Positions 8,848-18,208 of a stretch of DNA of 64,000 bases are shown piece after piece (the stretch's first letter is position 1; each line of letters opens with the position of its first letter). Source of the DNA: an uncultured Candidatus Peribacteria bacterium (GTDB taxonomy: Bacteria; Patescibacteriota; Gracilibacteria; UBA1369; UBA12473); NCBI GenBank assembly GCA_964459205.1, contig CAYWKJ010000001.1, positions 2,759-66,758 of the forward strand, in the 5' to 3' direction. The notes beneath the pieces are model-generated. The model had not been told where the DNA came from, searched no databases, and was given only the letters and a program-made list of their open reading frames with translations. The position numbers were made by a program, and so were the translations under genes.

Positions 8848-11800
8848 ATGAAGTTTCCGCATCCGCGAAACCAAGAAGTTCTCAAACTTTTTGGGAATCA
8901 TCGATATGTAACTTTATCTGGAGCAGGTAATTTTTCTTCCAAAGCTTTTCTGGTATCTGACATTTTGGACCAATATCCTGAGCTTAAAAAATTGGTTTGG
9001 ATTGTAAATGATAGCGTGGAACAAGAGTCTGCACATCGTGTTTTGCGAGATTGGACAGACTATGATGTAGAGATTTTAAATGAAGATGAAGGGCACTTTT
9101 CAATGATGCGTGTTTTATCAGCTTTGCTTGGTCCGGACAAGGTAGCGGCGGTTTTAACTTTTCAGCAGATTTTGGACCTTTATCCGAAAAAAGATGATTT
9201 AAAAAGAAAAACCTTACAAATTAAAGTTGGTGAAGAAATGAATTCCGCAGAGGTTTTTGAAACCTTGATTGATATGCAATATGAAGTTTCTGAGGATCCA
9301 TATTTGGAGCAAGGTCGTTATTTGCGGCACGGAGATGTTTTGGATGTTTTTCCGATTAATAGTCGAGAGGCGATTCGGATTGAATTAGAATTTGATCGAG
9401 TCTCTGCTATTTATACTTACGAACAAGGCGACCACCAAAAATTAAAGGATTTAAAGGAGGTTACGGTTTTCCCCCTTAATGTTTTTGAGAATACAGTGTC
9501 GATTTGGGATTATCTTGGAAAGGATGCGTTGTTGGTGGAGGATGAATTGGATTTAGCTGAGGATTTATATCGTGAGGTTGATAATATGGTTAAAAAGAGG
9601 CCAAATGATGTGGGCTATGTTTTGTTTACATCGTTTTTGGAGGAGAGTGAATACCACTTTCATTTACATTATTTGTCCGTTCTTAAATACCAAAATAAGT
9701 TGGATTTCTTGGAGGCTATGAAGGAGCGAACTTTGGATAAATGGCGGATTTATTTGTTCACAAAAAACGGAGAAGAGTTGCGTGAGTATTTTGACGATCG
9801 TCGAATTTTGCATGTTAATGACCCTTCAAAATTAGATGATGAGCGCGGAGGAATAGTCTTATTTGAATTAGAAAAAGAGCAGCCTTTCCCGCATGGATTT
9901 CAAAATCCTCATTTAAAATTGGCGTTGGTTACGGATAAAGAAATTATGGGATTGCGTGATGGAGCCCATAAAGATCCAGCCCAGCATGCAGTGTTTTTAG
10001 ACTTTTTAACAGGTTTAAAAATTGGTGATTACGTGGTCCACTCAGATCACGGAATTGCTCGGTTTAATGGGTTGGATAAGCGTACGATTGATGAAGTAAC
10101 GCGTGAGTATTTGCACTTGGCTTATGCCGAGAACGATAAACTTTTTGTGCCAATTGACCAGGCGGACAAGGTAAGTAAATTTATTGGAGCTGGAGATCAG
10201 GCGCCGCGTTTAACTCGCTTAGGATCAGCGGAGTGGTCAACAATTACTAATAAAGTTAAAAAAGAAACTCACAAAATCGCTAAGGAATTACTTAAGCTAT
10301 ACGCTGAAAGGCAGCGGGCAACAGGGCATGCTTACAAGACTGATGGCGTGCTGGAGGGCAAGTTTGCGGAGGAATTTCCATATGAAGAAACTCCAGGACA
10401 ATTACGAGCAATTCAGGACGTATCTAAGGACATGGAACGCGCTAAGCCGATGGATCGTTTGGTTTGTGGAGATGTTGGTTTTGGTAAGACCGAGGTAGCT
10501 ATGCGGGCTGCTTTTAAGGCCGTGCAGAGCGGCAAGCAAGTGGCAGTAGTGTCACCAATTACAATTTTAGCGGATCAACATTTTAAGTCTTTCACAAAAA
10601 GGATGATTGAGTTCCCGGAGGTGAGGATAGAAATGTTAAGCCGTTTTCGTTCGCCAGCTGAGCAAAAGAAAATTGTTAAAAAATTAAAAAATGGTGAAGT
10701 AGATATTATTATTGGAACTCACCGATTGATCCAGCCAGATATTGGATTTAAAAATTTAGGATTAGTGATTGTTGATGAAGAACAAAGATTTGGGGTGAAG
10801 CAAAAGGAAAAATTTAAAGAACTTCGTCGAGAAGTGGATATTTTGACGCTTACAGCGACGCCAATTCCGCGGACGCTAAATATTAGCCTGCATGGCTTGC
10901 GAGACATTACAACCATTACTACGCCTCCTCCTGGCCGTTTGCCAATCGTGACTGAAGTTCGACGTTTTTCATTTGGATTAATTCGTGAATCAATTTTGCG
11001 TGAATTAGATCGCGGCGGGCAAGTTTATTTCCTTCATAATAGAGTGCAAACAATTGATGAGATGGCCGACCGTCTTAAAAAATTAATTCCAGAAGCTAAG
11101 TTTATTACGGCTCATGGGAAGTTAAGCCCCCATGATTTAGAGGCTAGAATTATGTCTTTTAAGGAAAAAGAATATGATGTGCTGGTAAGTTCAACAATTA
11201 TTGAAAATGGAATTGATCTTTCTAATGCTAATACTTTAATTGTAAACAAAGCGGAGAAGTTTGGATTAGCCCAGCTTTATCAATTGCGAGGCCGAGTGGG
11301 ACGTAGCAAAAAACAAGCATACGCGTACTTTTTGTACCATTCACAGCGATTGCCATTAGACGCCAAGAAAAGACTTCGCGCCATTGTTGAGGCGTCTGAG
11401 CTTGGCGCCGGATTCCAAATTGCTATGAAGGATTTAGAAATTCGTGGCGCGGGAGATATTTTAGGAGCTAATCAACATGGGGCAATTCAAGTGGTGGGAG
11501 TAAGTCATTTTATCCGAATGTTAAATCAGGCGGTAGAAGATCAGAAAGAAGGACGTGAGGCTAAGGCAACAACAGATGTGCCGCGTGATGTTTCGATTGA
11601 AGTTCCTTTGCCAGCCTTTATTCCAGATGATTATATTGTGAGCGCTAAGGACAAGATCGGAATTTATCAGCGCCTAGCTTCAGCTGACAATTTTGATTAT
11701 CTTGAGGAATTAAAAGATGACATGGTGGAGGATTATGGACGCATGCCAAGAGAAGTGGCGAATTTGTTTAGCGTGTTGGAGATTAAATTATTAGCCAAGA

Positions 11801-12060
11801 GGGCGGGGCTTACTAATATTCGAGCGGAAAATATTCACGGAAAAGGGGAGCGCATAATTATACTTTCAATGTCTGATAAAGTGCGCCCGGAAAACATCTT
11901 AAGCTTATTAGAATTTAATGCTAAATGGTTGGTTAGCGGATCTAAATTAAAAGTTTCTTTTGAGGATTTGGGAGTTAATTGGGTGGACGGGCTTAAGATG
12001 AGCTTAAAAGAGCTAGGGAAAAAGGTAAAAAATCGCCCAGGAACTGAGGTGAAGAAATAG
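8848..12060 (+). CDS. mfd: Transcription-repair coupling factor
   Basis: 1070 aa. Has a CarD-like RNAP-interaction domain (YVVHSDHGIARF) and SF2 helicase motifs GDVGFGKTEVA, VDEEQRFG, TATPIPRT. Confidence 0.9.
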   Translation: MKFPHPRNQEVLKLFGNHRYVTLSGAGNFSSKAFLVSDILDQYPELKKLVWIVNDSVEQESAHRVLRDWTDYDVEILNEDEGHFSMMRVLSALLGPDKVAAVLTFQQILDLYPKKDDLKRKTLQIKVGEEMNSAEVFETLIDMQYEVSEDPYLEQGRYLRHGDVLDVFPINSREAIRIELEFDRVSAIYTYEQGDHQKLKDLKEVTVFPLNVFENTVSIWDYLGKDALLVEDELDLAEDLYREVDNMVKKRPNDVGYVLFTSFLEESEYHFHLHYLSVLKYQNKLDFLEAMKERTLDKWRIYLFTKNGEELREYFDDRRILHVNDPSKLDDERGGIVLFELEKEQPFPHGFQNPHLKLALVTDKEIMGLRDGAHKDPAQHAVFLDFLTGLKIGDYVVHSDHGIARFNGLDKRTIDEVTREYLHLAYAENDKLFVPIDQADKVSKFIGAGDQAPRLTRLGSAEWSTITNKVKKETHKIAKELLKLYAERQRATGHAYKTDGVLEGKFAEEFPYEETPGQLRAIQDVSKDMERAKPMDRLVCGDVGFGKTEVAMRAAFKAVQSGKQVAVVSPITILADQHFKSFTKRMIEFPEVRIEMLSRFRSPAEQKKIVKKLKNGEVDIIIGTHRLIQPDIGFKNLGLVIVDEEQRFGVKQKEKFKELRREVDILTLTATPIPRTLNISLHGLRDITTITTPPPGRLPIVTEVRRFSFGLIRESILRELDRGGQVYFLHNRVQTIDEMADRLKKLIPEAKFITAHGKLSPHDLEARIMSFKEKEYDVLVSSTIIENGIDLSNANTLIVNKAEKFGLAQLYQLRGRVGRSKKQAYAYFLYHSQRLPLDAKKRLRAIVEASELGAGFQIAMKDLEIRGAGDILGANQHGAIQVVGVSHFIRMLNQAVEDQKEGREAKATTDVPRDVSIEVPLPAFIPDDYIVSAKDKIGIYQRLASADNFDYLEELKDDMVEDYGRMPREVANLFSVLEIKLLAKRAGLTNIRAENIHGKGERIIILSMSDKVRPENILSLLEFNAKWLVSGSKLKVSFEDLGVNWVDGLKMSLKELGKKVKNRPGTEVKK

Positions 12061-12074
12061 GGGGTGCTGCTGGG

Positions 12075-12102
12075 TTGACAATTTTAAGGCTTTTGCCATA
12101 AT
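12075..12102 (+). promoter_or_regulatory. Putative promoter of element E1
   Basis: GGGTTGACA, 16 nt spacer, CATAAT. It starts 14 nt after the mfd stop codon. The same GGTTGAC-16-TATAAT layout precedes E2 and E3, and E5 has GGTTGACA with a 17-nt spacer and TAAAAT. Confidence 0.5.
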
Positions 12103-12190
12103 GAGATCCTGAATTTATTCGGGTCTGTTTTTTGGGCGTAAGATTTGATACCCATTTTGGGCGCTAGATTTTCCCCAGCTATGCAGAATT

Positions 12191-12659
12191 GACAACTGGA
12201 TGATAGATTTTGACGTTGGCTATTTGTTACTCATTAAATTGGGTGATGGTTAGCCAGCGTCAATATGCCATAGACGCTTGAGCAGAAGGAGTCCTGATGA
12301 GTAGAGTGATGCTGATCCTGCCAGGAGTATTGGCCTGGCTATGCCGAGGGATCGGGGGAGCTGAAGAGCTATACCCTCTGGTCCCGGCCATGTTTCCCGG
12401 TCGTGAGCCACCTCCGGGACGCGTGGAAAGAGTGCTCCCGCCTGAGGGGCAGCCGGTCACGGTCGTGCTGGTGATGCTCTGTTCGAAGGGCGAGACGTGC
12501 GAGGAGCTGTTCTGCCCGCACGAGGAAATCTGCCCGTATGATGACTGGCCGGTGGGCGGCACCCCAAGCTAGTTTGGGGCTGGAAAGCTAAAAAGCTTGC
12601 GTTTGCGGAAGGGGGAGGCGTCGTCTCCCCTGGTGTGAGGTTTCTATCATCCAGTTGTC
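12191..12659 (+). other. GC-rich helix-bracketed cassette E1 (arm to arm, 469 nt)
   Basis: Perfect 16-nt inverted repeat: GACAACTGGATGATAG (12191-12206) and CTATCATCCAGTTGTC (12644-12659). A 13-bp hairpin at 12210-12263 has one U-G wobble valid only on the + strand. Three GC-rich hairpins precede the 3' arm. Confidence 0.65.
12297..12572 (+). CDS. Hypothetical small protein inside E1 (91 aa, or a shorter Cys-rich C-terminal product)
   Basis: AAGGAG lies 5 nt before the ATG. The distal half has G/C-ending codons. GC-rich DNA also leaves the opposite strand open, so coding status is uncertain. Confidence 0.35.
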   Translation: MSRVMLILPGVLAWLCRGIGGAEELYPLVPAMFPGREPPPGRVERVLPPEGQPVTVVLVMLCSKGETCEELFCPHEEICPYDDWPVGGTPS

Positions 12660-12720
12660 CAAAGCCTTCAAACCAATTATGATTGGCTTACAGAAATTCT
12701 TGATTGCTCTTTTACACCAC

Positions 12721-13156
12721 GGGGATGTCTTGGTTTTGACAGGAAGAGTTCTGTCTTACTCACGGCCGTTACGGGATCGCGCTGTCTCCCGTTAGATCCG
12801 TCCAGCGCATATATAATTGCAAATTCTGAATTTGCTAAATCAGTTAATTACTGGGCAAACAAATTTGTTCCTCAGGGAATGAAGACTGTTCCTGCCTTTG
12901 CTTAATTATCAGATTTACAGATCGCCCTTTGCGCGATCGCGCCTTTTTAAGGATTGCTTTACGACTTATTTAGGCGTCATTTAGTAAAGATCGGAATTAA
13001 AGTGGAGGTTCAGCACTTTATGCCCTAAATTTTCCTTGTCCATTTATGAGAGCTTTTTGTTCGTCCTTTATTCTCATAAACATTAGAACGAACTATAACG
13101 GTAGATGTGGTAGGCAGCCTTTTTGGACGCGGGTTCAACTCCCGCCATCTCCACCA
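12721..13156 (+). ncRNA. ssrA: tmRNA (ssrA), 436 nt
   Basis: 5' GGGGATG pairs with 3' CATCTCC, including the G3-U wobble, followed by ACCA. 5' GGTTTTGACAGG resembles the conserved tmRNA 5' block. The 3' end GGACGCGGGTTCAACTCCCGCCATCTCCACCA nearly matches E. coli ssrA as I recall it. The tag frame runs from GCA at 12819 to TAA at 12903-12905. Confidence 0.9.
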
Positions 13157-13162
13157 GATTTT

Positions 13163-13822
13163 ATGTATGATGCGCCTTTTTATATCACCGGCAATCATGG
13201 GAATAATGCGTTTTCTTATGAAAAGCGTGGTGAAAATCCGCGGCTTTACGTGCCTTCATTAATTGAAGGTGATTTTCGTGATTTAAAGGTTGGGAAAGAG
13301 ATAGTATTTGAGGATTTTGAGGATGGTGAATTAAAGAGCTGCGAAGGGCTTAAGAATTTTGTGAAGATGGAGATTTTGGGAACGCCAACCGTGATTTTTG
13401 ATAATCATAATCATGCTTTTTATTTTTGGCATGAACAAGGCTTTAAGGACGCGATATTAATTCATGTGGACCAACACAAGGACACGCGTAAACCGAATGA
13501 ATGGTTTAAGGAAGATGCGTTTAAATACACAAACGAAGTTTTGAATGTTGGGAATTATATTCCGCCGGCCGTAGAGTGCGGGATGGTTAATGAGGTGGTT
13601 TCGATAACGGGTAATGCGGGATTAGACATGGTACCGAGACAGGGAAATGTGGTTTTAAATCTAGATCTAGATTTTTTTGTGGCGGAGATGGAGATTGATT
13701 TTGAAAAGGCACGGAAGTTTTTGCGGGCACAGGCCAAGAGGGCGGATTTTATTACAGTGGCTACGAGCCCGTTTTTTATAGGTCAAAATGAGGCACTTAA
13801 AATTTTAAAGAAGTTGTTTTAA
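13163..13822 (+). CDS. UPF0489-like hypothetical protein
   Basis: Start moved to ATG 13163, because the tracked 13046 start overlaps the tmRNA. Motifs FDNHNHAFYFW, HVDQHKD and LDLDFF resemble the UPF0489 family. Confidence 0.5.
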   Translation: MYDAPFYITGNHGNNAFSYEKRGENPRLYVPSLIEGDFRDLKVGKEIVFEDFEDGELKSCEGLKNFVKMEILGTPTVIFDNHNHAFYFWHEQGFKDAILIHVDQHKDTRKPNEWFKEDAFKYTNEVLNVGNYIPPAVECGMVNEVVSITGNAGLDMVPRQGNVVLNLDLDFFVAEMEIDFEKARKFLRAQAKRADFITVATSPFFIGQNEALKILKKLF

Positions 13823-13886
13823 TAGAATGGCTTGCTAGGCGAGAGGCTTTCCTTTATTTTAATGCCTTAAATTTAATCTGCCCCCA

Positions 13887-14699
13887 ATGCCCCCAAGAGG
13901 CGAGCCACAACTTTCGAAGGACCAGGCTAGAATGCCGCGATTTACTCTAACAAGAGGGATGCGGGATGCTTTTCTTGCCTTTAATCTTGATAAATGGGAG
14001 GCGGGCGGCTTGAAGGACTGGATTAGACATAGAGTGGGACTGGCGTATCAAAGAGGGGGTGATAGCCCGATTACATTTTTATCAGCTGGATGTGCAAGTG
14101 CGACCGACATTAATCAAATTGTGGATAGCTTAAGGCTCACTAACCGGGGAGTTAGGCACAGGATTATTGGATTAGGTTTGGATTTAAATCCTGTACCAGA
14201 ATTGGCCCAAAGGGTGCAGCTGCCTTTTGAAAGAGTTGAAAGGCCAGATTTTAAAATTCCGGCATTAAGAGGAATTCAATTAATGCGCGGCGATGTAGCT
14301 GATATGCATATGTTACCAGACAGTAGCATCGATGGGTTATGGTTAATGGGCGTAATGGCTTATGTGCGAGATAAATTAGCAGTCTTGAATGAAATAGACA
14401 GAGTTTTAAAGCCTGGAGGTTTTAGTTTTGCCTCATCGGTTGGCGCGGCCCTTACTGGTCCGCCATTAGAGGAAATCTTAGAAGACACACAAGGGGGAGA
14501 AAATTTTTCTTTATATAGAGATCAAGGCGCTTATCCCAGCATGGGAGGGCGCTGTGTAATTGGATATTATAAGCCAGAGGATCCTAGAGATAATGAATTT
14601 AGAGGATTTGATTATGAGTTTACAACAGCTCATCGTGTTCGCTCAAATTGCCCCCCAGGCTCTCACAGAGAATTGTTTTGTTGCAGCGAATATCGCTAG
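13887..14699 (+). CDS. Class I SAM-dependent methyltransferase-like protein
   Basis: 270 aa. FLSAGCASATD is motif I-like, and VLKPGGFSF is also present. The start codon is uncertain. Confidence 0.45.
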   Translation: MPPRGEPQLSKDQARMPRFTLTRGMRDAFLAFNLDKWEAGGLKDWIRHRVGLAYQRGGDSPITFLSAGCASATDINQIVDSLRLTNRGVRHRIIGLGLDLNPVPELAQRVQLPFERVERPDFKIPALRGIQLMRGDVADMHMLPDSSIDGLWLMGVMAYVRDKLAVLNEIDRVLKPGGFSFASSVGAALTGPPLEEILEDTQGGENFSLYRDQGAYPSMGGRCVIGYYKPEDPRDNEFRGFDYEFTTAHRVRSNCPPGSHRELFCCSEYR

Positions 14700-15469
14700 G
14701 CCGCCTTCTTAATTCCACACAAATAATAATGATTATCGTTTTCGTGAGCCTCAAAAGTTTCGGTTTGCTTGAAAGACTTTCTTAGCCTCCTAAAAGGGAT
14801 CATGGATTCATAAGCAAGTGGGACCTCATCGTCTTGGTGAAGATCTTGATAGGCTTCAGGATTGGTAAACCATTGATCAGCTAGGCCAATAAATCCACCA
14901 GATTTAGTGACACGTTCGATTTCAGAGGCGGTTTGTTTTTTGATTTTTTCATGAAGATTGCTAAAAAGAAATCCAGCTAAGCAAATATCAACCGAGCCAT
15001 CTTTTAAAGGGATTTCATGAGCAGACCCAACGATTCCTTTGGAGGTGCGCAGCTTTTCATAAAAGCGACTCTTTAAAAGTGAGCTAATAAGGGCGTGAGG
15101 AAATTCAAAATTCCGTTCTTGATTTTTAGAAATTACGCGTTCAGAAACATCAAGCATTATTAGTTTAACCTTATGAAGAAGATCTACGCGGGCTAGTTCT
15201 TGCATAATAAAAAGCGAAGTTAGAGCTCCAACAGCTGGCCCGAGGTCTAAGACTGTAATGCGTTTCATTCTCTCAAAGCGTCTTTTTTGATTAAAAAGAT
15301 ACATGCGAAACCCGCGCGTTAGGCCCAGATTTCCCTCAATCACAAAATAATCATTCATTAATTTTTCTTGGATGTAATTGTCTAGCCCCCCAAAACGAAT
15401 AATTGACGAAGTGATGAAGTCTTCGCAGGTTGGGGCGGGACCCGACTTTTTGTGTAAATTGTTTGACAC
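14696..15469 (-). CDS. Class I SAM-dependent methyltransferase
   Basis: 257 aa. Has VLDLGPAVGALT (motif I), MLDVS and TKSGGFIGLAD. Confidence 0.55.
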   Translation of the reverse strand: MSNNLHKKSGPAPTCEDFITSSIIRFGGLDNYIQEKLMNDYFVIEGNLGLTRGFRMYLFNQKRRFERMKRITVLDLGPAVGALTSLFIMQELARVDLLHKVKLIMLDVSERVISKNQERNFEFPHALISSLLKSRFYEKLRTSKGIVGSAHEIPLKDGSVDICLAGFLFSNLHEKIKKQTASEIERVTKSGGFIGLADQWFTNPEAYQDLHQDDEVPLAYESMIPFRRLRKSFKQTETFEAHENDNHYYLCGIKKAA

Positions 15470-15584
15470 AAGATTGCGGTGAAGATATTATGTTCCTTGC
15501 CTGATTTTTGGCTTAAAAAAGCTATTTATAAGCTTCATCTTATTAAGAAATTAAAAAATTGTCAATGGTCTTTAACAAAATATT

Positions 15585-16349
15585 ATGCTCGAAACACTTA
15601 TTCACTTAGGGCTTCCTAAAAAAGAAGCACAAATTTATTTGGCCTTATTAGAGCTTGGGCCCTCGTCAGTAACACAGATTTCTAAGCGCGCTAAAGTGCC
15701 AAGGACAAACGCTTATCATCTTTTAAACTCACTTGTGTCCCAGGGTTTAGTGAGTTCCCAAGAGGCTGATTCAAAAATGGTTTTTGCCGCGGCTGATCCT
15801 AAAATATTAACTAAAATGTTAAAAGATAAACGCGATGAATATGAGCGGCTTTGTAGGGAGGCTGATAAGTTTATTCCTGAGCTGCAGTCGGTTTACAATA
15901 AGGGCGATAACAAGATGAAGGTTAGATTTTTTGAGGGGGTAGAGGGGGTGATTAGTGTTTATGAAGACACTTTAAATTCTAAGAGTGAGATTTTGGCGTT
16001 TGCGTCAGTGGAGAATCAGCACGCATTTTTCCCTGGATACTTTCCGGCGTATTATACGCGACGAGCTAAAAAAGGGATTCCAGTGAGGTGTTTTGCGGCC
16101 GATAGCGAAGAGTCGCGGCGAATTCAAAAAATGGATGAAGTGCATTTGCGTCGAACTTATATTGTGCCTAGTAAATTCGAAATTTCTCCAGAAATTAATA
16201 TTTATGATGACAAGGTGGCAATTTTTTCTCTTAGCGAAAAATTCGGCGCCATAATAGAAAGTCCTGAAGTTGCCAACGCTTTCCGTAAAATGTTTGAGCT
16301 CGCTGATGAACGAGCTTCAGAATATGATAAAGATTTTAAAAAGTCTTAA
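15585..16349 (+). CDS. TrmB-family HTH transcriptional regulator
   Basis: 254 aa. The N-terminus LGLPKKEAQIYLALLELGPSSVTQISKRAKVPRTNAYHLLNSL is typical of TrmB winged helix. Confidence 0.7.
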   Translation: MLETLIHLGLPKKEAQIYLALLELGPSSVTQISKRAKVPRTNAYHLLNSLVSQGLVSSQEADSKMVFAAADPKILTKMLKDKRDEYERLCREADKFIPELQSVYNKGDNKMKVRFFEGVEGVISVYEDTLNSKSEILAFASVENQHAFFPGYFPAYYTRRAKKGIPVRCFAADSEESRRIQKMDEVHLRRTYIVPSKFEISPEINIYDDKVAIFSLSEKFGAIIESPEVANAFRKMFELADERASEYDKDFKKS

Positions 16350-16906
16350 ACTCGTTCGCAATATTCTCCAGTTTCAGTGTTTATGCGGATGGTGTCACCT
16401 TCTTTTACAAAAATAGGGACTGAAATCATAACTCCAGTTTCAACTTTGGCTGGTTTGGTAACTTTTCCCTGGGCGGTGTCCCCACGAACAGCAGGCGAGG
16501 TTTCAATTACTTTTAAATTAACTTTTGGTGGCAACTGGACATTAATTGGCCTGCCGTCAAAGTTTTGAATATCTACGTCAGACCCGTCTAAAAGATAGTT
16601 GGCCTGGGATCCAAGATCGTCTTTAGAAAAGGAAAACTGTTCGTAAGTTTCAGAATCCATAAAAAAGTACTCATCTCCTTGATGGTATAAAAATTGCGCA
16701 CGAGTAAATCCCACCTCAGCTGGTTCGATTTTTTCGCTTCCTTGGAAAGTCATAGGGATAGTGTTGCCAGTAAGCAGGTTTTTGACTGTAGTTTTCATAA
16801 CGCCACCGCCACGAGCTTGTTTAGAAAAAGAGGAGCTAGTTATGACGTAAGGCTCGCCTTTAACTTGAATAGCGGTTCCCACCCGAAGTTGAGCAATTGA
16901 GTACAT
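16346..16906 (-). CDS. efp: Translation elongation factor P
   Basis: 186 aa from ATG 16906 (MYSIAQLRVG..). Three OB-like domains with EF-P-like sequence. The tracked longer start overlaps the neighbouring gene. Confidence 0.85.
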   Translation of the reverse strand: MYSIAQLRVGTAIQVKGEPYVITSSSFSKQARGGGVMKTTVKNLLTGNTIPMTFQGSEKIEPAEVGFTRAQFLYHQGDEYFFMDSETYEQFSFSKDDLGSQANYLLDGSDVDIQNFDGRPINVQLPPKVNLKVIETSPAVRGDTAQGKVTKPAKVETGVMISVPIFVKEGDTIRINTETGEYCERV

Positions 16907-16917
16907 AAAATAATTGT

Positions 16918-18153
16918 TTAAGATTTGTGTAATTTCGGCGCTAGGATAATACCTAAAGCTGTATAAATAAAGATTAAAATTGGAGCGTAAAGGAGTGAAT
17001 TTACGAAAACAGAATGAATTAATAGGCCGCAAAATCCACAAAAAAACCCGAGAGCAAGGGGCTCGCGCCTTTTGTGAAAGCTTGTCCAAAGAATTGTGAC
17101 AATGAGCCAAAGATAAGTAGCTGCACCCAGGATTCCAGTGGTGGCCAGGATAGTAAGAATAGTGGAGTCAGAGCCGGTGGCGGCATGATGTGTATCTTCG
17201 GTCATAAATCCATAGCGAGCTTGAGCGTTAGCGTAAGTGTTATAGCCGACGCCAAGTAGAGGATGGTCTTTGAAAATTGTGAGAGCATTGCCCCAAGAAT
17301 CTAAACGGAGACGAGCCGAGGCGTCTGGTAGTTCATAAGTTTCGGTTACAAATGATTTAGCACTAAAGTAAAGATCTTCCACGCGATCTTGGGCCCGACT
17401 AGACACGGAAACCAGAAGAAGACAGGCAATAAAACCAATAAGTAGTAATTTGCGCGACTTTAAGAGTCCAATTAGGCCAACGCCAGCAATTAAAGCTAGA
17501 TAAGCGCTGCGGGAATAGGTAAAGGCGAGCGCCATAAGAAGAATAGCCAAGAGGCCGGCTAAGGGGATTTTTTTTGGCCATTTTTGGCGATTAGTAAGTT
17601 TGCCAATGGCGAGACACGACACAAAGGCGAGCATTCCTCCTACAAAATTAGGATCAAACCAGGTAGAAAGTAAGCGGTTTTGATGCGGGTCCCAGCCTTC
17701 TTCTAGGGCCATTTGAGTGAAATCAGGGTAAATTTTGAGCTGGATAAAGCCAAATATCGCTATTAGAAATGCGGCTCCAAAAATTATATTGGTTAACTTG
17801 CGACGCGTTGGCACATGACTAGAAAGGTCAAGTGCCATAAAAAACAAAAAGAAATATTCAATGAAACGGATTAGATAAAGACTGCTTCCAAGGGTTTCCC
17901 CAAAAGATAGAGCCCGTGCGCCATTTATTAGTGAAATAAAAGCAATGGCTATGAAGATTAAGAAAGGCAAAAGCAGGGCGCTGTATGGCCAGTGGCGATC
18001 TATGAAAATTTTGTAAATTACAAAAACTCCAATTGTCCCGGCAATTAACAGATCATTGGGCAAGATTTCTGGCCCAATTGGTAAGCGCCCAAGTTCGCCG
18101 AGGGCAACGAACAGAAAAATTAAGCCAAAAAGAAAAGTAAATAATTTACGCAT
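16918..18153 (-). CDS. O-antigen ligase / Wzy_C-domain membrane protein
   Basis: 411 aa, about 10 TM helices, with the TYSRSAYLAL loop region typical of the O-antigen ligase family. Confidence 0.6.
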   Translation of the reverse strand: MRKLFTFLFGLIFLFVALGELGRLPIGPEILPNDLLIAGTIGVFVIYKIFIDRHWPYSALLLPFLIFIAIAFISLINGARALSFGETLGSSLYLIRFIEYFFLFFMALDLSSHVPTRRKLTNIIFGAAFLIAIFGFIQLKIYPDFTQMALEEGWDPHQNRLLSTWFDPNFVGGMLAFVSCLAIGKLTNRQKWPKKIPLAGLLAILLMALAFTYSRSAYLALIAGVGLIGLLKSRKLLLIGFIACLLLVSVSSRAQDRVEDLYFSAKSFVTETYELPDASARLRLDSWGNALTIFKDHPLLGVGYNTYANAQARYGFMTEDTHHAATGSDSTILTILATTGILGAATYLWLIVTILWTSFHKRREPLALGFFCGFCGLLIHSVFVNSLLYAPILIFIYTALGIILAPKLHKS

Positions 18154-18208
18154 ATAAAAACAGCTTAAGGTAAGTTGCCTGTTTGCGGCAAGTTGTTAGA
18201 ATGGATTT

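Noticed and set aside
12294-12300. CTGATGA in E1, and CTGAATGATGA in the arms, resemble the hammerhead ribozyme core.
   Set aside because: I found no matching GAAA/helix III partner or cleavage-site context. The E1 motif overlaps the SD-ATG region.
12060-13156. GGGGGTGCTGCTGGGTTGACA at 12060 looks like a tmRNA 5' end. That would imply a 1.1-kb tmRNA with the GC island as an intervening sequence (group-I-intron style).
   Set aside because: A better 5' end exists at 12721 (GGGGATG, perfect acceptor pairing with the G3-U wobble). It puts the resume codon about 99 nt in, as in normal tmRNAs. The 12060 similarity is explained by the GGGTTGACA promoter motif shared with the other elements.
13046-13162. 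The tracked 258-aa ORF starts at 13046.
   Set aside because: Its first 39 codons overlap the tmRNA 3' domain. ATG 13163, right after the tmRNA CCA, is the sensible start.
16907-17110. 68-codon N-terminal extension of the efp ORF.
   Set aside because: It overlaps the 3' end of the O-antigen-ligase-like gene and has no EF-P similarity. MYSIAQLRVG at 16906 is the canonical EF-P N-terminus.
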